DNA from: Bacteriovoracia bacterium
GTDB taxonomy: Bacteria; Bdellovibrionota; Bacteriovoracia; Bacteriovoracales; Bacteriovoracaceae
DNA length: 64,000 nucleotides
Direction: 5' to 3'
Assembly: GCA_046570105.1 (NCBI GenBank)
Contig: JBKHVI010000008.1
Span: forward strand, 1-64,000
In this document: positions 40,661 through 50,471 of the stretch, one piece after another
Layout of the letters: the number at the start of each line of letters is the position of its first letter
Position numbering within the stretch: position 1 is the stretch's first letter
The notes under the pieces: generated by a model
Told to the model about the DNA's origin: nothing
Seen by the model: the letters and a program-made list of their open reading frames with translations, nothing else
Database searches by the model: none
Made by a program: the position numbers and the translations under genes

Positions 40661-41722
40661 ATGAAAAAGCTTCTACTCACACTCGCCCTCACTCTCCCTA
40701 CTCTCTCTTACGCGCAGATTTTTGATCTCTCGCGTGTTGCATGTACTGGTGGTGCAGCAGCTTGTGCACTTTTTGATGCTGAAATTCAAAAAGTCGAAAA
40801 TGAAATCAACGCTGATTTACCTGCAGGAGATCCCAAACGTTTGATGGAAGGTATGGCGAATTCTCAAGCCGCTTCTGGTAAAGGTGTGTCGACTGATTAC
40901 ATCTCTCACTTTGATACTTTCATGGTGGGTGCAGGTTTGGGCCTTGGTGCTGATCTCGAAGAGAACAAAGAATTTGATAGTGATCTCTCGGGTATTGGCA
41001 TGATGGGCGCTGTGCAAGTGGGCCTTAACATGTCAGCTATTTTTGATAATAGCTTTTTGGGTCTCGATCCCAAACGCACAACGGTTGTCGCCAACTTTTT
41101 TACTTTTAATCTTGATCGCGACTTTGATGAAAACAATGTCAAAGCAGAAATGATCTCCTTTGGCTTCAGTGGGACTTATAAATGGATTGATGGCAATGGT
41201 AATCGTCTCTTTGGTTGGGATGGTGTGCGCCTCCATACCGGCTATCAATACAGCTCAGTGAAATTTGCTTTCACCAGCGCGATCAATGAAGAAGTGAATG
41301 AAACAAGTAGTGGTAGTACTATTACCGGGACTATTACTGGCGACCCCAAAGCGACTATTGAATCAAGCTCTCACAGTATTCCCCTCGAAATTTCATCAGG
41401 GGTCAATTTCCTCTGGGTGATGAGTTTCTACGGCGGACTTGGTACCGATCTTAATATTGGTTCTGCTGAAGGTAAGGGTGATCTCAATGCGGAAGATAGT
41501 GTTTTGACTTGTACAGGTGGCGCCGCTTGTGGTGGTAACCCTACGGCCACAGTCCGAGCAAGTGCCAACATCGATGAAAAAGCCGAAGTGAACCCTTTCT
41601 TCCTTCGCGGCTTCGTCGGTCTCCAAGCTAATCTTCCTTATGTTCGTATCTATGCTCACGCTAATAAAGTTTTTGGTACTGAAGTTTACTCGTTCGCCAC
41701 TGGCCTTCGACTGGCCTTTTAG
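40661..41722 (+). CDS. Probable outer-membrane beta-barrel protein
   Basis: Signal peptide, alternating beta-strands, C-terminal Phe. Confidence 0.7.
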   Translation: MKKLLLTLALTLPTLSYAQIFDLSRVACTGGAAACALFDAEIQKVENEINADLPAGDPKRLMEGMANSQAASGKGVSTDYISHFDTFMVGAGLGLGADLEENKEFDSDLSGIGMMGAVQVGLNMSAIFDNSFLGLDPKRTTVVANFFTFNLDRDFDENNVKAEMISFGFSGTYKWIDGNGNRLFGWDGVRLHTGYQYSSVKFAFTSAINEEVNETSSGSTITGTITGDPKATIESSSHSIPLEISSGVNFLWVMSFYGGLGTDLNIGSAEGKGDLNAEDSVLTCTGGAACGGNPTATVRASANIDEKAEVNPFFLRGFVGLQANLPYVRIYAHANKVFGTEVYSFATGLRLAF

Positions 41723-41738
41723 TTAGCTTTCTTCCTCC

Positions 41739-42257
41739 CTATAAGGGCCTGCGAATGTGGGCCCTTTTTTTTCGCCACACACTCGGTCGCATAAATCCCC
41801 CATACTTCCACAAACCTCGTCTAGCTCGCATAGCTTCTTCGCGTAAGCGCCAAAGCTTGCGCTGATCGCCCTCGGCCCAGGCGTAAAGCGACGTGCAACC
41901 TTCAAACACTAAGCGTTCATTGAGTGAAGGAATATCTTTAGCGATAAGATCCCCCAAGATGCGTCCATAGCGATCCCTTCCTTGATAGATCAAATGCCAT
42001 TGCGTTTGAGTTTTAATGATCTTTTTGAGGCATTGAGTGGCCAACCTCCCTGCATCGAGTCCCCCCAAAGCAGTGGGCTGCCCTAGCTCGGGAGAATCGA
42101 TGGCCGCCAACCGCAGCCGCTCTCCGCCTCGTAATTCCACAGTATCCCCATCCAAAACCTTATGAATCACGACCTTGGCGCTGAGAGGGAGGCCGGTAAA
42201 AAGCTCTCGCCCCAAAAATAGACACGCCAAAGGAAGAAAAAAAAGGTAGGTACGCAT
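41739..42257 (-). CDS. Thermonuclease (SNase) family protein
   Basis: DGDT, RLAAIDSPE, DRYGR, RGLW. Confidence 0.9.
   Translation of the reverse strand: MRTYLFFLPLACLFLGRELFTGLPLSAKVVIHKVLDGDTVELRGGERLRLAAIDSPELGQPTALGGLDAGRLATQCLKKIIKTQTQWHLIYQGRDRYGRILGDLIAKDIPSLNERLVFEGCTSLYAWAEGDQRKLWRLREEAMRARRGLWKYGGFMRPSVWRKKRAHIRRPL
41743..41772 (+). terminator. Rho-independent terminator
   Basis: aagggcc/ggccctt stem plus T-tract after stop 41722. Confidence 0.75.
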
Positions 42258-42327
42258 GACACGACCTTAGTCGATACGCCGGGGTTCTTACACCCTTGGA
42301 AACCAACGCCGGGGAGTTTTCTCATTT

Positions 42328-43455
42328 ATGAAAACCAATCAACTTGTTAATGAACATTTCAAATTTGAATTACAGCACGTAGACAAGAACTGCGGAGCAC
42401 GTGCAGGGATTATTCATACCCCACACGGCAGTATTGAAACACCTGTCTTCATGCCGGTGGGAACTCACGGAGCGATCAAAGCGCTGCAGCCTAAAGAGCT
42501 CGTCGATCTCAATATTGAAATTTTGCTCTCAAATACTTATCACCTGCATCTGACCCCTGGATCTGAATTGATTGCTAAGGCCGGTGGTCTGCATAAATTC
42601 ATGGCCTGGGATCGTCCAATTCTCACAGACTCTGGTGGCTTTCAAGTTTTCTCTTTGCAAAAAAATGGCATCACTGAAGAAGGCGCACTTTTCCGCGATG
42701 CTGACGGCAAAGATATTAAACTCACTCCCGAAATCTCAATCGGTGTTCAACAGAACTTAGGCTCGGACATCATGATGGCGTTTGATGAGTGTATTCCGTT
42801 TCCAGCGACTGAAAAGTATGTGGAGAACTCAATTGCTCGCACTCACCGCTGGCTCGATCGCTCCATTGAAGCTTGGCACAACCCAAAGCAGGCATTGTTC
42901 GGAATTATCCAGGGTGGCGTTTACGAGAAATACCGCGATATCTGCTTAGAAGAAGTGGTGAAGCGCGATCTTCCAGGCTACGCCATTGGTGGAGTATCTG
43001 TGGGAGAAGGCCCTGAGCATATGCAGGCCATTGTTAAATATACCGCTCCCAAAATGCCGGTGAATAAACCACGCTATGTAATGGGCGTGGGGATGCCAGA
43101 AGATTTATTGATGATCTGGGAAAACGGTATTGATATGAGTGACTGTATTATCCCGACAAAATTTGCTCGCGGCGGAACACTCTTCACTAACCGTGGAAAA
43201 ATTCGCATTGATCACAAGAATTACCGTCGTGACTTCTACCCCATCGAGCCTAATCTAAAAGACTACGTGAATACCAATTTCACACGAGCCTATATTAAGC
43301 ATCTATTTGATTCCAATGAGATCTTGGGGCAAATCTTGGCGACGGCCCACAACATCGCTTTTTATAAGTCGATGGCGGTGAGAGCACGGGAAGCGATCTT
43401 GCAAGACCGCTTCCTGGAATTTAAAAAAGATTTTTTGGCCAATTACACAAAGTAA
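42328..43455 (+). CDS. tgt: tRNA-guanine transglycosylase
   Basis: TPVFMPVGT, NTYHL, TDSGGFQVFSL, GIIQGG. Confidence 0.97.
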   Translation: MKTNQLVNEHFKFELQHVDKNCGARAGIIHTPHGSIETPVFMPVGTHGAIKALQPKELVDLNIEILLSNTYHLHLTPGSELIAKAGGLHKFMAWDRPILTDSGGFQVFSLQKNGITEEGALFRDADGKDIKLTPEISIGVQQNLGSDIMMAFDECIPFPATEKYVENSIARTHRWLDRSIEAWHNPKQALFGIIQGGVYEKYRDICLEEVVKRDLPGYAIGGVSVGEGPEHMQAIVKYTAPKMPVNKPRYVMGVGMPEDLLMIWENGIDMSDCIIPTKFARGGTLFTNRGKIRIDHKNYRRDFYPIEPNLKDYVNTNFTRAYIKHLFDSNEILGQILATAHNIAFYKSMAVRAREAILQDRFLEFKKDFLANYTK

Positions 43456-46203
43456 TTAGAGATTAAGATCATCAACGATGTCCTCGACTCCTTGGCCAAT
43501 TCTCTTTCCTAATCGTGAGAAGAAGGAGCCGACATCTCTAGCAGCTTGTTCAAGGTCTTCTTTAACTTGCTCCCCTCGAGGCTTCGTTGTTGTTCCCTCT
43601 TCTTCAGACTGAGGAGTATTGTCCTCGCTGGCACGAGCAGCGCCTCCCAATCTTCTCTTTTGAACTTCAACTTTTATCTCAGATGCCTTCGTACTTAAGG
43701 GTGAAACTAGCTGTGTACGGTTAAGATCGAAAATATTTTTGTATTTATCAGCGACCTTGCTCCAAGCGGCATCCTCGACTTGATACCAATTACTCTCGTA
43801 GCACTCATTGCGTTTACGCTTATTAAGTAAGCGAGTCGCAAAGTTGCTATTAGGATATTTGCGCAAACAAACATCAGCGCGAATTTCGGCCTGTTCAGTT
43901 AGTTGGACGAGATAGTTATCAGTAATATCAGCTTCTACTCGCACACGTTGTGACTTAAGCCAATCTTGATACTCTTTTGAGCGCGCGACATCGGTACAAA
44001 TACTCTCTACGGTTGCACTAAATGTTTGTTGATATTCGTGGTAACGCAAATCTTGCGGGAATTCACGCTTAGCTTCTGCTTCACATAGTTTTCCCATCAT
44101 TCCTAACTGTGTAATCCAAGCGAAGTCAGACTTTAGTCGGGCCGTTAACTTAGAGCGATTATCTTTAATAAGTTGTGACACCTTATTAGCTTCTATCTGA
44201 CGATCAGCTTCATAGAGTCGACTGATCTCTTTCGTGAAAGTAGGAAGGGTTAGGTCAAACAGTAGCAAAGATTCTCGACCATCAGTTATGCCCATCGCCT
44301 CAAAAGACATATCACTCACAACACGTCTTACTTCTTCAGGAATATCCATACTGAGACAGTTAAACTGCGAAGATACCATCCAGCTTTCGCCTACACTAAA
44401 AGGCCCAGGAATAGGTTCTTCAGAATTATCAATGCCTTTATTTAAACAGACTTCCCATAGATTCGCTGCTGACTCATCAATCAAGTTTGCTTGTGTGATA
44501 AGAAAGTCTTGGTGAAGTTTCATATTGTCCGCACGGACAATTTCAAATTTGTTTGCGTCCAAATACATCTTTTGCAGATCAATCGTTAGATTTTCTGCAT
44601 TCACCAAATCTTGAGGAATAAGCTCTTGCACCAATGCGAGGATCTTCTCATCGTAACAGGCTTTCTCGTCTGCTTGACGATAGCAACTCGTCATAATTTT
44701 TAATGGTTCAACTCGTTGACTCAATGATTTATAAAACTCATTTAACTTCTTATAGTACTCTTGGTTTTCACGAGCGACCTTGATGTGCTCGACAATTTGC
44801 TTCGTGAAAACGTTTTCCATTTGAGTGCGAAAACTTGTCACCTTATCCGGCGCCTTAAGTGCAGCACAGCCATTGACGTGATTGAGTTTAGCCTCAACGA
44901 CCGACTGATCCAGCATTAAATTTAGATTTTCTCGAAGGCAACGACGAGATTGAATATCCACGGTGAATGGAAAGAGACTTTCTGCCAGTGGCTTAGTCGT
45001 AGCACTGGCACGAGGATTCTGCTCACATTCCACTACCATCTTGAAGATATCGGGGGCCAACAGAGTGTTAATATCTTTTTCGAATTGTTTAAAGAGGCCT
45101 GGGCTATCATACTCAAGCCCATCGAAAACTTTTTCTTGTAGATGCTCATACACATCTTTTGGAATTTTTCTTTTTGTGGTGTCACCTGAATAACGATAGT
45201 ACGCAATGGTATCGGCAAAATGCTCGGCAGGACTGTTTCTCGCGTAATCACGAACGAATTGATCATTGCGTAACGTCGTCACCCATTCTTGCACTGTCAC
45301 CTTGCGGGTCTCATCCCAATATTCTTTTAAACTCCATCCACCGATTTCTTTCCACTTTCCAATTTGTGAATAGTAATTGCCTGCACCGGGCGCATCATCC
45401 GCTAGTTTATAGTCAATTTGGTGACCAAGTTCGTGGGTGACACCTTCATAAATAAAGCCATTGTCTTTATCGCCCCAAAAACTTAAGCAGCCATCATTCA
45501 CTAAGACATATCCCGTTGACCAGGCCAGTCCACAAGTCATTGGACCACTATCTTCGATGGCAGACTTGCGAGGAATACGCTGAATCTCGTTCATCTTTGG
45601 CAAATTTCTAAATGGTGTCGTGAGCGCATGAGACATACGCCAAAAGCCATAGAACTCATCTCGCGAAAAGAGATAATCTGCTAAGGGAAACACTTTACCG
45701 TTATAGGTACCGGCCGATGAACTATTCTGAGAGTAAATCTTATTTTTGAAAGAAAGATGATATCCCATTTTGAGATACCACAAATAGGTCATCCATCCTT
45801 CAAGACCATCAGTACTGTTATAGACTTTGTTGACCACACAAACAGCATCACGACAGTCAGCATAGGAGATAGCATCAGGGTTATTTAAATCACCAAGGTT
45901 ATCACCAATATCTTTTAAAAACTTCGCTTGAGGAATAGGTAACGTTTTAAGGTCGAGATGTTTCCATTTGCCTGAAACCTTTGAACCTGTGTTCAATTGC
46001 GTCTCGTAATGAAGAGCTTCCCGCTTCACTTCATCAACAGTGAATAATTCATTTCGACAGCTCGGATTTGCTCCAGAAGCCGGAAGGCGCAAAGTGACAA
46101 ATTCATTACGCCCTTCAAGCCAGCGCTCAGACACAAGCTTTTGCGGTGCTTGTGGTGAACAAGCGACCACGAACAAGAGAGGTAATAGTTTATTCTTCAG
46201 CAT
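43456..46203 (-). CDS. Large lipoprotein with zinc metallopeptidase domain
   Basis: VVAC lipobox; HELGH and YARNSPAEHFAD. Confidence 0.7.
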   Translation of the reverse strand: MLKNKLLPLLFVVACSPQAPQKLVSERWLEGRNEFVTLRLPASGANPSCRNELFTVDEVKREALHYETQLNTGSKVSGKWKHLDLKTLPIPQAKFLKDIGDNLGDLNNPDAISYADCRDAVCVVNKVYNSTDGLEGWMTYLWYLKMGYHLSFKNKIYSQNSSSAGTYNGKVFPLADYLFSRDEFYGFWRMSHALTTPFRNLPKMNEIQRIPRKSAIEDSGPMTCGLAWSTGYVLVNDGCLSFWGDKDNGFIYEGVTHELGHQIDYKLADDAPGAGNYYSQIGKWKEIGGWSLKEYWDETRKVTVQEWVTTLRNDQFVRDYARNSPAEHFADTIAYYRYSGDTTKRKIPKDVYEHLQEKVFDGLEYDSPGLFKQFEKDINTLLAPDIFKMVVECEQNPRASATTKPLAESLFPFTVDIQSRRCLRENLNLMLDQSVVEAKLNHVNGCAALKAPDKVTSFRTQMENVFTKQIVEHIKVARENQEYYKKLNEFYKSLSQRVEPLKIMTSCYRQADEKACYDEKILALVQELIPQDLVNAENLTIDLQKMYLDANKFEIVRADNMKLHQDFLITQANLIDESAANLWEVCLNKGIDNSEEPIPGPFSVGESWMVSSQFNCLSMDIPEEVRRVVSDMSFEAMGITDGRESLLLFDLTLPTFTKEISRLYEADRQIEANKVSQLIKDNRSKLTARLKSDFAWITQLGMMGKLCEAEAKREFPQDLRYHEYQQTFSATVESICTDVARSKEYQDWLKSQRVRVEADITDNYLVQLTEQAEIRADVCLRKYPNSNFATRLLNKRKRNECYESNWYQVEDAAWSKVADKYKNIFDLNRTQLVSPLSTKASEIKVEVQKRRLGGAARASEDNTPQSEEEGTTTKPRGEQVKEDLEQAARDVGSFFSRLGKRIGQGVEDIVDDLNL

Positions 46204-46606
46204 GTTCCACCACCCTCGTCACTTGATCAATATTAGGATCGTAGACGACACTGAGACCTAATTTGGCACAGCTCAATTCTTTTGAAGCATGCAGATGATT
46301 ATCTGGCTTCTTCATTTCTTTAAATGTTGTCGAGCAGTCTTTGAACTGGTGACGCCAATACAGGAGACTCCTCTCTTCGACAGAAGGATCACGCAATCCT
46401 GCGATCACAACATCTTTTGAGACTTGGTATTTTTGATTGTCAGCGTAGACTAAAACTTCAGCAGTGCTGGTAGGTTTTTCGACGGACTGAGGCTCACCTT
46501 TTTCAGATATGAGCGCAGCTTTCGTCATCAAACCATATTTCACACGCGTGCTTTTTTCCCCGCAGGCCATGGCGAGAATAAGCAACAAAGAATAGCGAAA
46601 AAGCAT
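46190..46606 (-). CDS. Hypothetical lipoprotein
   Basis: AMAC lipobox, GGAGG RBS. Confidence 0.75.
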   Translation of the reverse strand: MLFRYSLLLILAMACGEKSTRVKYGLMTKAALISEKGEPQSVEKPTSTAEVLVYADNQKYQVSKDVVIAGLRDPSVEERSLLYWRHQFKDCSTTFKEMKKPDNHLHASKELSCAKLGLSVVYDPNIDQVTRVVEHAEE

Positions 46607-46626
46607 AAAGGCCTCCTTCGATATTC

Positions 46627-46654
46627 CTATCGGAGGAGGCCCTTACAAAGTTGA
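46627..46654 (-). promoter_or_regulatory. Possible sigma28-type promoter
   Basis: Minus strand TCAACTTT-N12-TCCGATAG. Confidence 0.5.
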
Positions 46655-46688
46655 CCTAAATTAGCGGTCTTGCCTTTAAATCAGTAAC

Positions 46689-47870
46689 TTAGTCGATCAC
46701 TGGGCTATAGATTTCGTTCAGGGCCGACATATTAAAGCCTTTGCCGCTACCAAACTTCGTAGCAACACCTTTCATCCACAAGAAGTCTGGACGACCTTCA
46801 GAAAGCCATGATCCACCAACGATCTTGCCAGCAACATCAAGCTCCAAAAGATAGATGTACTCACGCGACAAGTAGTTTTGCGCATCAGTGCCAGTAACTG
46901 GGTTCATTGATACTGTTCCTGACTCCTCAGCATCTTCAGCCGATTCTGGATCAAGTAAAACAGCTTCTTCACCGTAGGTCATTGATGTTTTAACCTTCAA
47001 AAGTTTCGCGATACCTTTAGCTTTCTGAGCAGCTGTTGGAGCAAGCGTCTCCAAAATTTCTGAATTGAATCCTACAATCGGCTGGTTCCACACATCAGCA
47101 AATCTATCAACATCAGCGACGAATCCACGGTCTTGAAGGCCTAGGATGTTGGTGAGGGTCAAGTGGAATGAACCAGGGTTCACTCCAATACATTTCTCAG
47201 AATTAGCTTCAGATGGAGAAGGCATTGTGCGAATACGATCTTCTGGGTAGTCCTCTCCTGGAACTTTACCTTTCGCTTTACAACGATCGCCGATACGAGT
47301 GTAAACGTTGGTTTTATGAACTTCAGCATAGTAGAAACTCAAGAGACCTTTCACGTCAGTTGAACCGAAAGGAACAACTACGCCGTCTTTGTTTTTAAGA
47401 TCAACACGCTTAGGCTCAGCGTGGGCAATAGCAGCCGCCGACCAACCGTGACAGATCCCTTCCCACCAAGCATCTTTTGGTGAGTACATTGAAAGAACTT
47501 TTTTAGTGACTGGGTAACTGTAATTGCCATTATAGATATCCAACTTCTCAGCTGGAGATAACCCTTCAAGTTCAGCAGTTGAGAGCTTAGCTACTTCTTC
47601 TTTGCTAAAAAATTTGTATTTGAAGTTTTCTGGATTAGGTTCTGAATTCCAACGATAAGCGATACCACCATTCATTGATGGCCAATAAGTGTCTGACCAA
47701 CCGATGTGAATATTAGAAAGCTTGGCGCTTAATGGAAGTTTATTGAAATCAGTAACAATGGCCTTACCAGTGACTTTCGCCAATTTAGATGGGTCATTGA
47801 CTTTATTCCATGGGCCGGCGTGAGCACTCGCCATTGAAGCAAGTACCAACAGAGGAACGATTGTGCGCAT
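46689..47870 (-). CDS. Secreted transglutaminase-elicitor-like protein
   Basis: WSDTYWP...GIAYRW, SPAEKLD, WEGICHGW, NPGSFH, VWNQP. Confidence 0.8.
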   Translation of the reverse strand: MRTIVPLLVLASMASAHAGPWNKVNDPSKLAKVTGKAIVTDFNKLPLSAKLSNIHIGWSDTYWPSMNGGIAYRWNSEPNPENFKYKFFSKEEVAKLSTAELEGLSPAEKLDIYNGNYSYPVTKKVLSMYSPKDAWWEGICHGWSAAAIAHAEPKRVDLKNKDGVVVPFGSTDVKGLLSFYYAEVHKTNVYTRIGDRCKAKGKVPGEDYPEDRIRTMPSPSEANSEKCIGVNPGSFHLTLTNILGLQDRGFVADVDRFADVWNQPIVGFNSEILETLAPTAAQKAKGIAKLLKVKTSMTYGEEAVLLDPESAEDAEESGTVSMNPVTGTDAQNYLSREYIYLLELDVAGKIVGGSWLSEGRPDFLWMKGVATKFGSGKGFNMSALNEIYSPVID

Positions 47871-47965
47871 AAAGCACTCCTTAAATTCAGGTTTAATTGA
47901 AGCCGGAGTGATATAGCTCAAATCGTGAACGCGCTGCGCAATTTATGGCAAAGCTAGTAAATCTT

Positions 47966-49270
47966 TCAGGCCCGGGCGGGAAATTTCAAAGTGACACAGG
48001 TGCCAGAATTGGCCCTATCTTCTTGTTTTTCAACACTTGTTAACGTGATAGTGCCGTCCATTCGCTCGGTATAGAACTTCACCAACGGAAGGCCTAGCCC
48101 TGAGCCCTTCTCTCCCTCAGTACCGGCACGATTGGTATTCACATCGAGACGAAAAAGTCCCGGAATCATCTCTTCGGGGATCCCACTGCCTTCATCTGTC
48201 ACATAGATATAAATAGAGTTATCGCTCCCCTTTTCGGCCAACAACTGCACCGTATCGCCTGCTTCAGAAAACTTAATGGCATTGGTGAGTAAATTAAAAA
48301 GAATATTTTTTAAAAAGAAAGGATCGGCGACTAATTGCAAATCCGTTTTTGACCAAACAAGGGCGACCTCTTTCTTTTGAGCAAATTCTGTCACTAGCAA
48401 ACTAACAGCAGAAAAAACTTCATCACATGAGCATTTTTCCTTTTTAAAGTTTAACTTACCCGATTGAGCAGTCACAAATGTTTGTGCCCGTTCAAGCATG
48501 ACACGCGCATTATCCATTCCAGCACTGACTCGCTCAACAAGCACAACCGTTTCAGCCTCAAGATTTGATCTTCTTAACATATCAAGCGACACCATACTGA
48601 CGGCCAAAGGAGAAGAGAGATCGTGCGTGAGCATTGATAATATAACTTGTCGCTCTTCTGCTTGCTGAAGCAATGTGGCCTGCTGAAGATTTAGTTCAAT
48701 CATGGCATCTTTGAGTTCTTGATTAGATTTTAGCACCATGGTGTGCTCTTGATTAATCAAGCGACTAAAAGCAACCCCCGTTCCTACGACGGCCGCTGAA
48801 ATTGTAACCAGTAGAACCATTCGATTAATATCTAATCGTTCTGGAGCAAGAGTTGTTATCGGTAATAAACCAGAAACTCCGCAAAAATAGATTATCAAAA
48901 TCATTACGCTACAAACGAGCCAGCTTACCCAGCCCGCTTTGATTCCGTACATATAGAGAAACCACATGGGAAGTCCCACGAAGACAACCATGCCGGGCGC
49001 ACGAATTCCTCCAGCTAACAAAGCTGCCGCTGAGACACCTATAACGATGGCAGAAATTAAACACAGAAAGGCTTTACTGTATTGCTGAGATTTATAGAAA
49101 TAAAGTGCGATTAACCAACTGAAAGCGCAGCCACCTGAAATCCACCAGCGGGTATCAAAAATTATTGCCCGCGTGAATAGAATCACAATAGCCGGCAGTG
49201 TCGACCACAACAAGATGCGAACAACTGATCCAGCTCTTCGACCAACAAAACTTTGATCGCTTAAGATCAT
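47966..49270 (-). CDS. Membrane sensor histidine kinase
   Basis: HDLSSPL, NLLTNAIKFS, DEGSGI, GSGLGL. Confidence 0.9.
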   Translation of the reverse strand: MILSDQSFVGRRAGSVVRILLWSTLPAIVILFTRAIIFDTRWWISGGCAFSWLIALYFYKSQQYSKAFLCLISAIVIGVSAAALLAGGIRAPGMVVFVGLPMWFLYMYGIKAGWVSWLVCSVMILIIYFCGVSGLLPITTLAPERLDINRMVLLVTISAAVVGTGVAFSRLINQEHTMVLKSNQELKDAMIELNLQQATLLQQAEERQVILSMLTHDLSSPLAVSMVSLDMLRRSNLEAETVVLVERVSAGMDNARVMLERAQTFVTAQSGKLNFKKEKCSCDEVFSAVSLLVTEFAQKKEVALVWSKTDLQLVADPFFLKNILFNLLTNAIKFSEAGDTVQLLAEKGSDNSIYIYVTDEGSGIPEEMIPGLFRLDVNTNRAGTEGEKGSGLGLPLVKFYTERMDGTITLTSVEKQEDRANSGTCVTLKFPARA

Positions 49271-50391
49271 ACTTGTTCTATCGCCAAACTTATCATTTCT
49301 GTTAACTTCTCCAAATCGTCGTAACTAATATTATTAAACATAGCGATTCGCAATTGATTGCGTCCTAGTTTGCGATACGCATCGATATCGAGCGCCATGT
49401 TTTGCGCGCGAAGAACTTTGGTGAGATCTTCGACAATATATTTATCATCAACATCAATCGTTGCGACGGCTTTCGATCTAAACTGAGCATCTTTCACAAA
49501 CGCAGAAAGATAACTCTTAGAATCCGCCCATCCATATAACAGCGACGCTTTTTTCTGTGCTTCCGCTTGAACAGTTTTGTATCCCAGTTGGTTGAGATGC
49601 TTCACCTGTTCATTGAGTAAAAACAAAGTGGCCAATGATGGTGTGTTATAAGTTTGATTAAGGCGAGAATTCTCTATGGCATGTTGCCATTTAAAAAATT
49701 CAGGAATGTAGCGAGACTTATCACGCCCCAGCTTAAGCGCTCGCTCAATCGCTTTGGGAGACATGATGGAAATAAAAAGACCGCCTTCAGAGGCAAACAC
49801 TTTTTGCGGAGAAAAGTAGAATATATCGACGAGATTAAAGTCGACCGGAATCTGTCCCGCTCCCGAAGTGGCATCAATGGCCATAAGCGAATTTGAATTT
49901 TTTAATTGAGGGATGTTTGAGAGTTGCACACCCGTGGAAGTTTCATTCAACGTAGCGCAAACAAAATCAATATCGGCTTCTTCAAATGGATTAATCCCTT
50001 CTCCGTTAGCCACTTTATGTTCCCGGGCCTTGATCCATGGGATTAATTGATGGGCCTTAAACCACTTTTCGGAAAACTCCCCACACACAAAATGGGATGA
50101 TTGTTTTTCTACCAGTCCTAACCCAATCATATCCCACAGCATGGTCGCGCCGCCATTTCCCAGCACCACTTCATAACCAGCAGGCAATTGAAAATATTCA
50201 TTCAGCCCATCTTGAATCTCTTTAACAATATTTCTGACCGCCATTTTTCTATGACTGGTACCAAGGACGCTCTGACCTGAATTGGCCAATTTTTTTAAAT
50301 GCTCAACTGGAATCAATGACGGTCCACAACCAAACCGAGGATCGGCCGGGCGAAGGTGATTGGGAACTATGAAGTTTTCAAACATAACCAT
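49267..50391 (-). CDS. serC: Phosphoserine aminotransferase
   Basis: RFGCGPS, GTSHR, NETSTG, DATSGAG, FSPQK, QTYNTP, YRKLGRNQLR. Confidence 0.9.
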   Translation of the reverse strand: MVMFENFIVPNHLRPADPRFGCGPSLIPVEHLKKLANSGQSVLGTSHRKMAVRNIVKEIQDGLNEYFQLPAGYEVVLGNGGATMLWDMIGLGLVEKQSSHFVCGEFSEKWFKAHQLIPWIKAREHKVANGEGINPFEEADIDFVCATLNETSTGVQLSNIPQLKNSNSLMAIDATSGAGQIPVDFNLVDIFYFSPQKVFASEGGLFISIMSPKAIERALKLGRDKSRYIPEFFKWQHAIENSRLNQTYNTPSLATLFLLNEQVKHLNQLGYKTVQAEAQKKASLLYGWADSKSYLSAFVKDAQFRSKAVATIDVDDKYIVEDLTKVLRAQNMALDIDAYRKLGRNQLRIAMFNNISYDDLEKLTEMISLAIEQV

Positions 50392-50471
50392 GCTCCATCG
50401 AGAGTAAATCCCACATCATATTGCCATTCTTGAAACCTTTTTGGGATACTTTCGCAGTCGAAAGGAAATTA

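Noticed and set aside
42276..42314. preQ1-I riboswitch upstream of tgt (ggggttcttacaccct resembles the aptamer loop; acgccgggg repeated twice)
   Set aside because: The stem is too short, the A-rich tail is missing, and the 70 nt divergent gap is probably mostly promoter.
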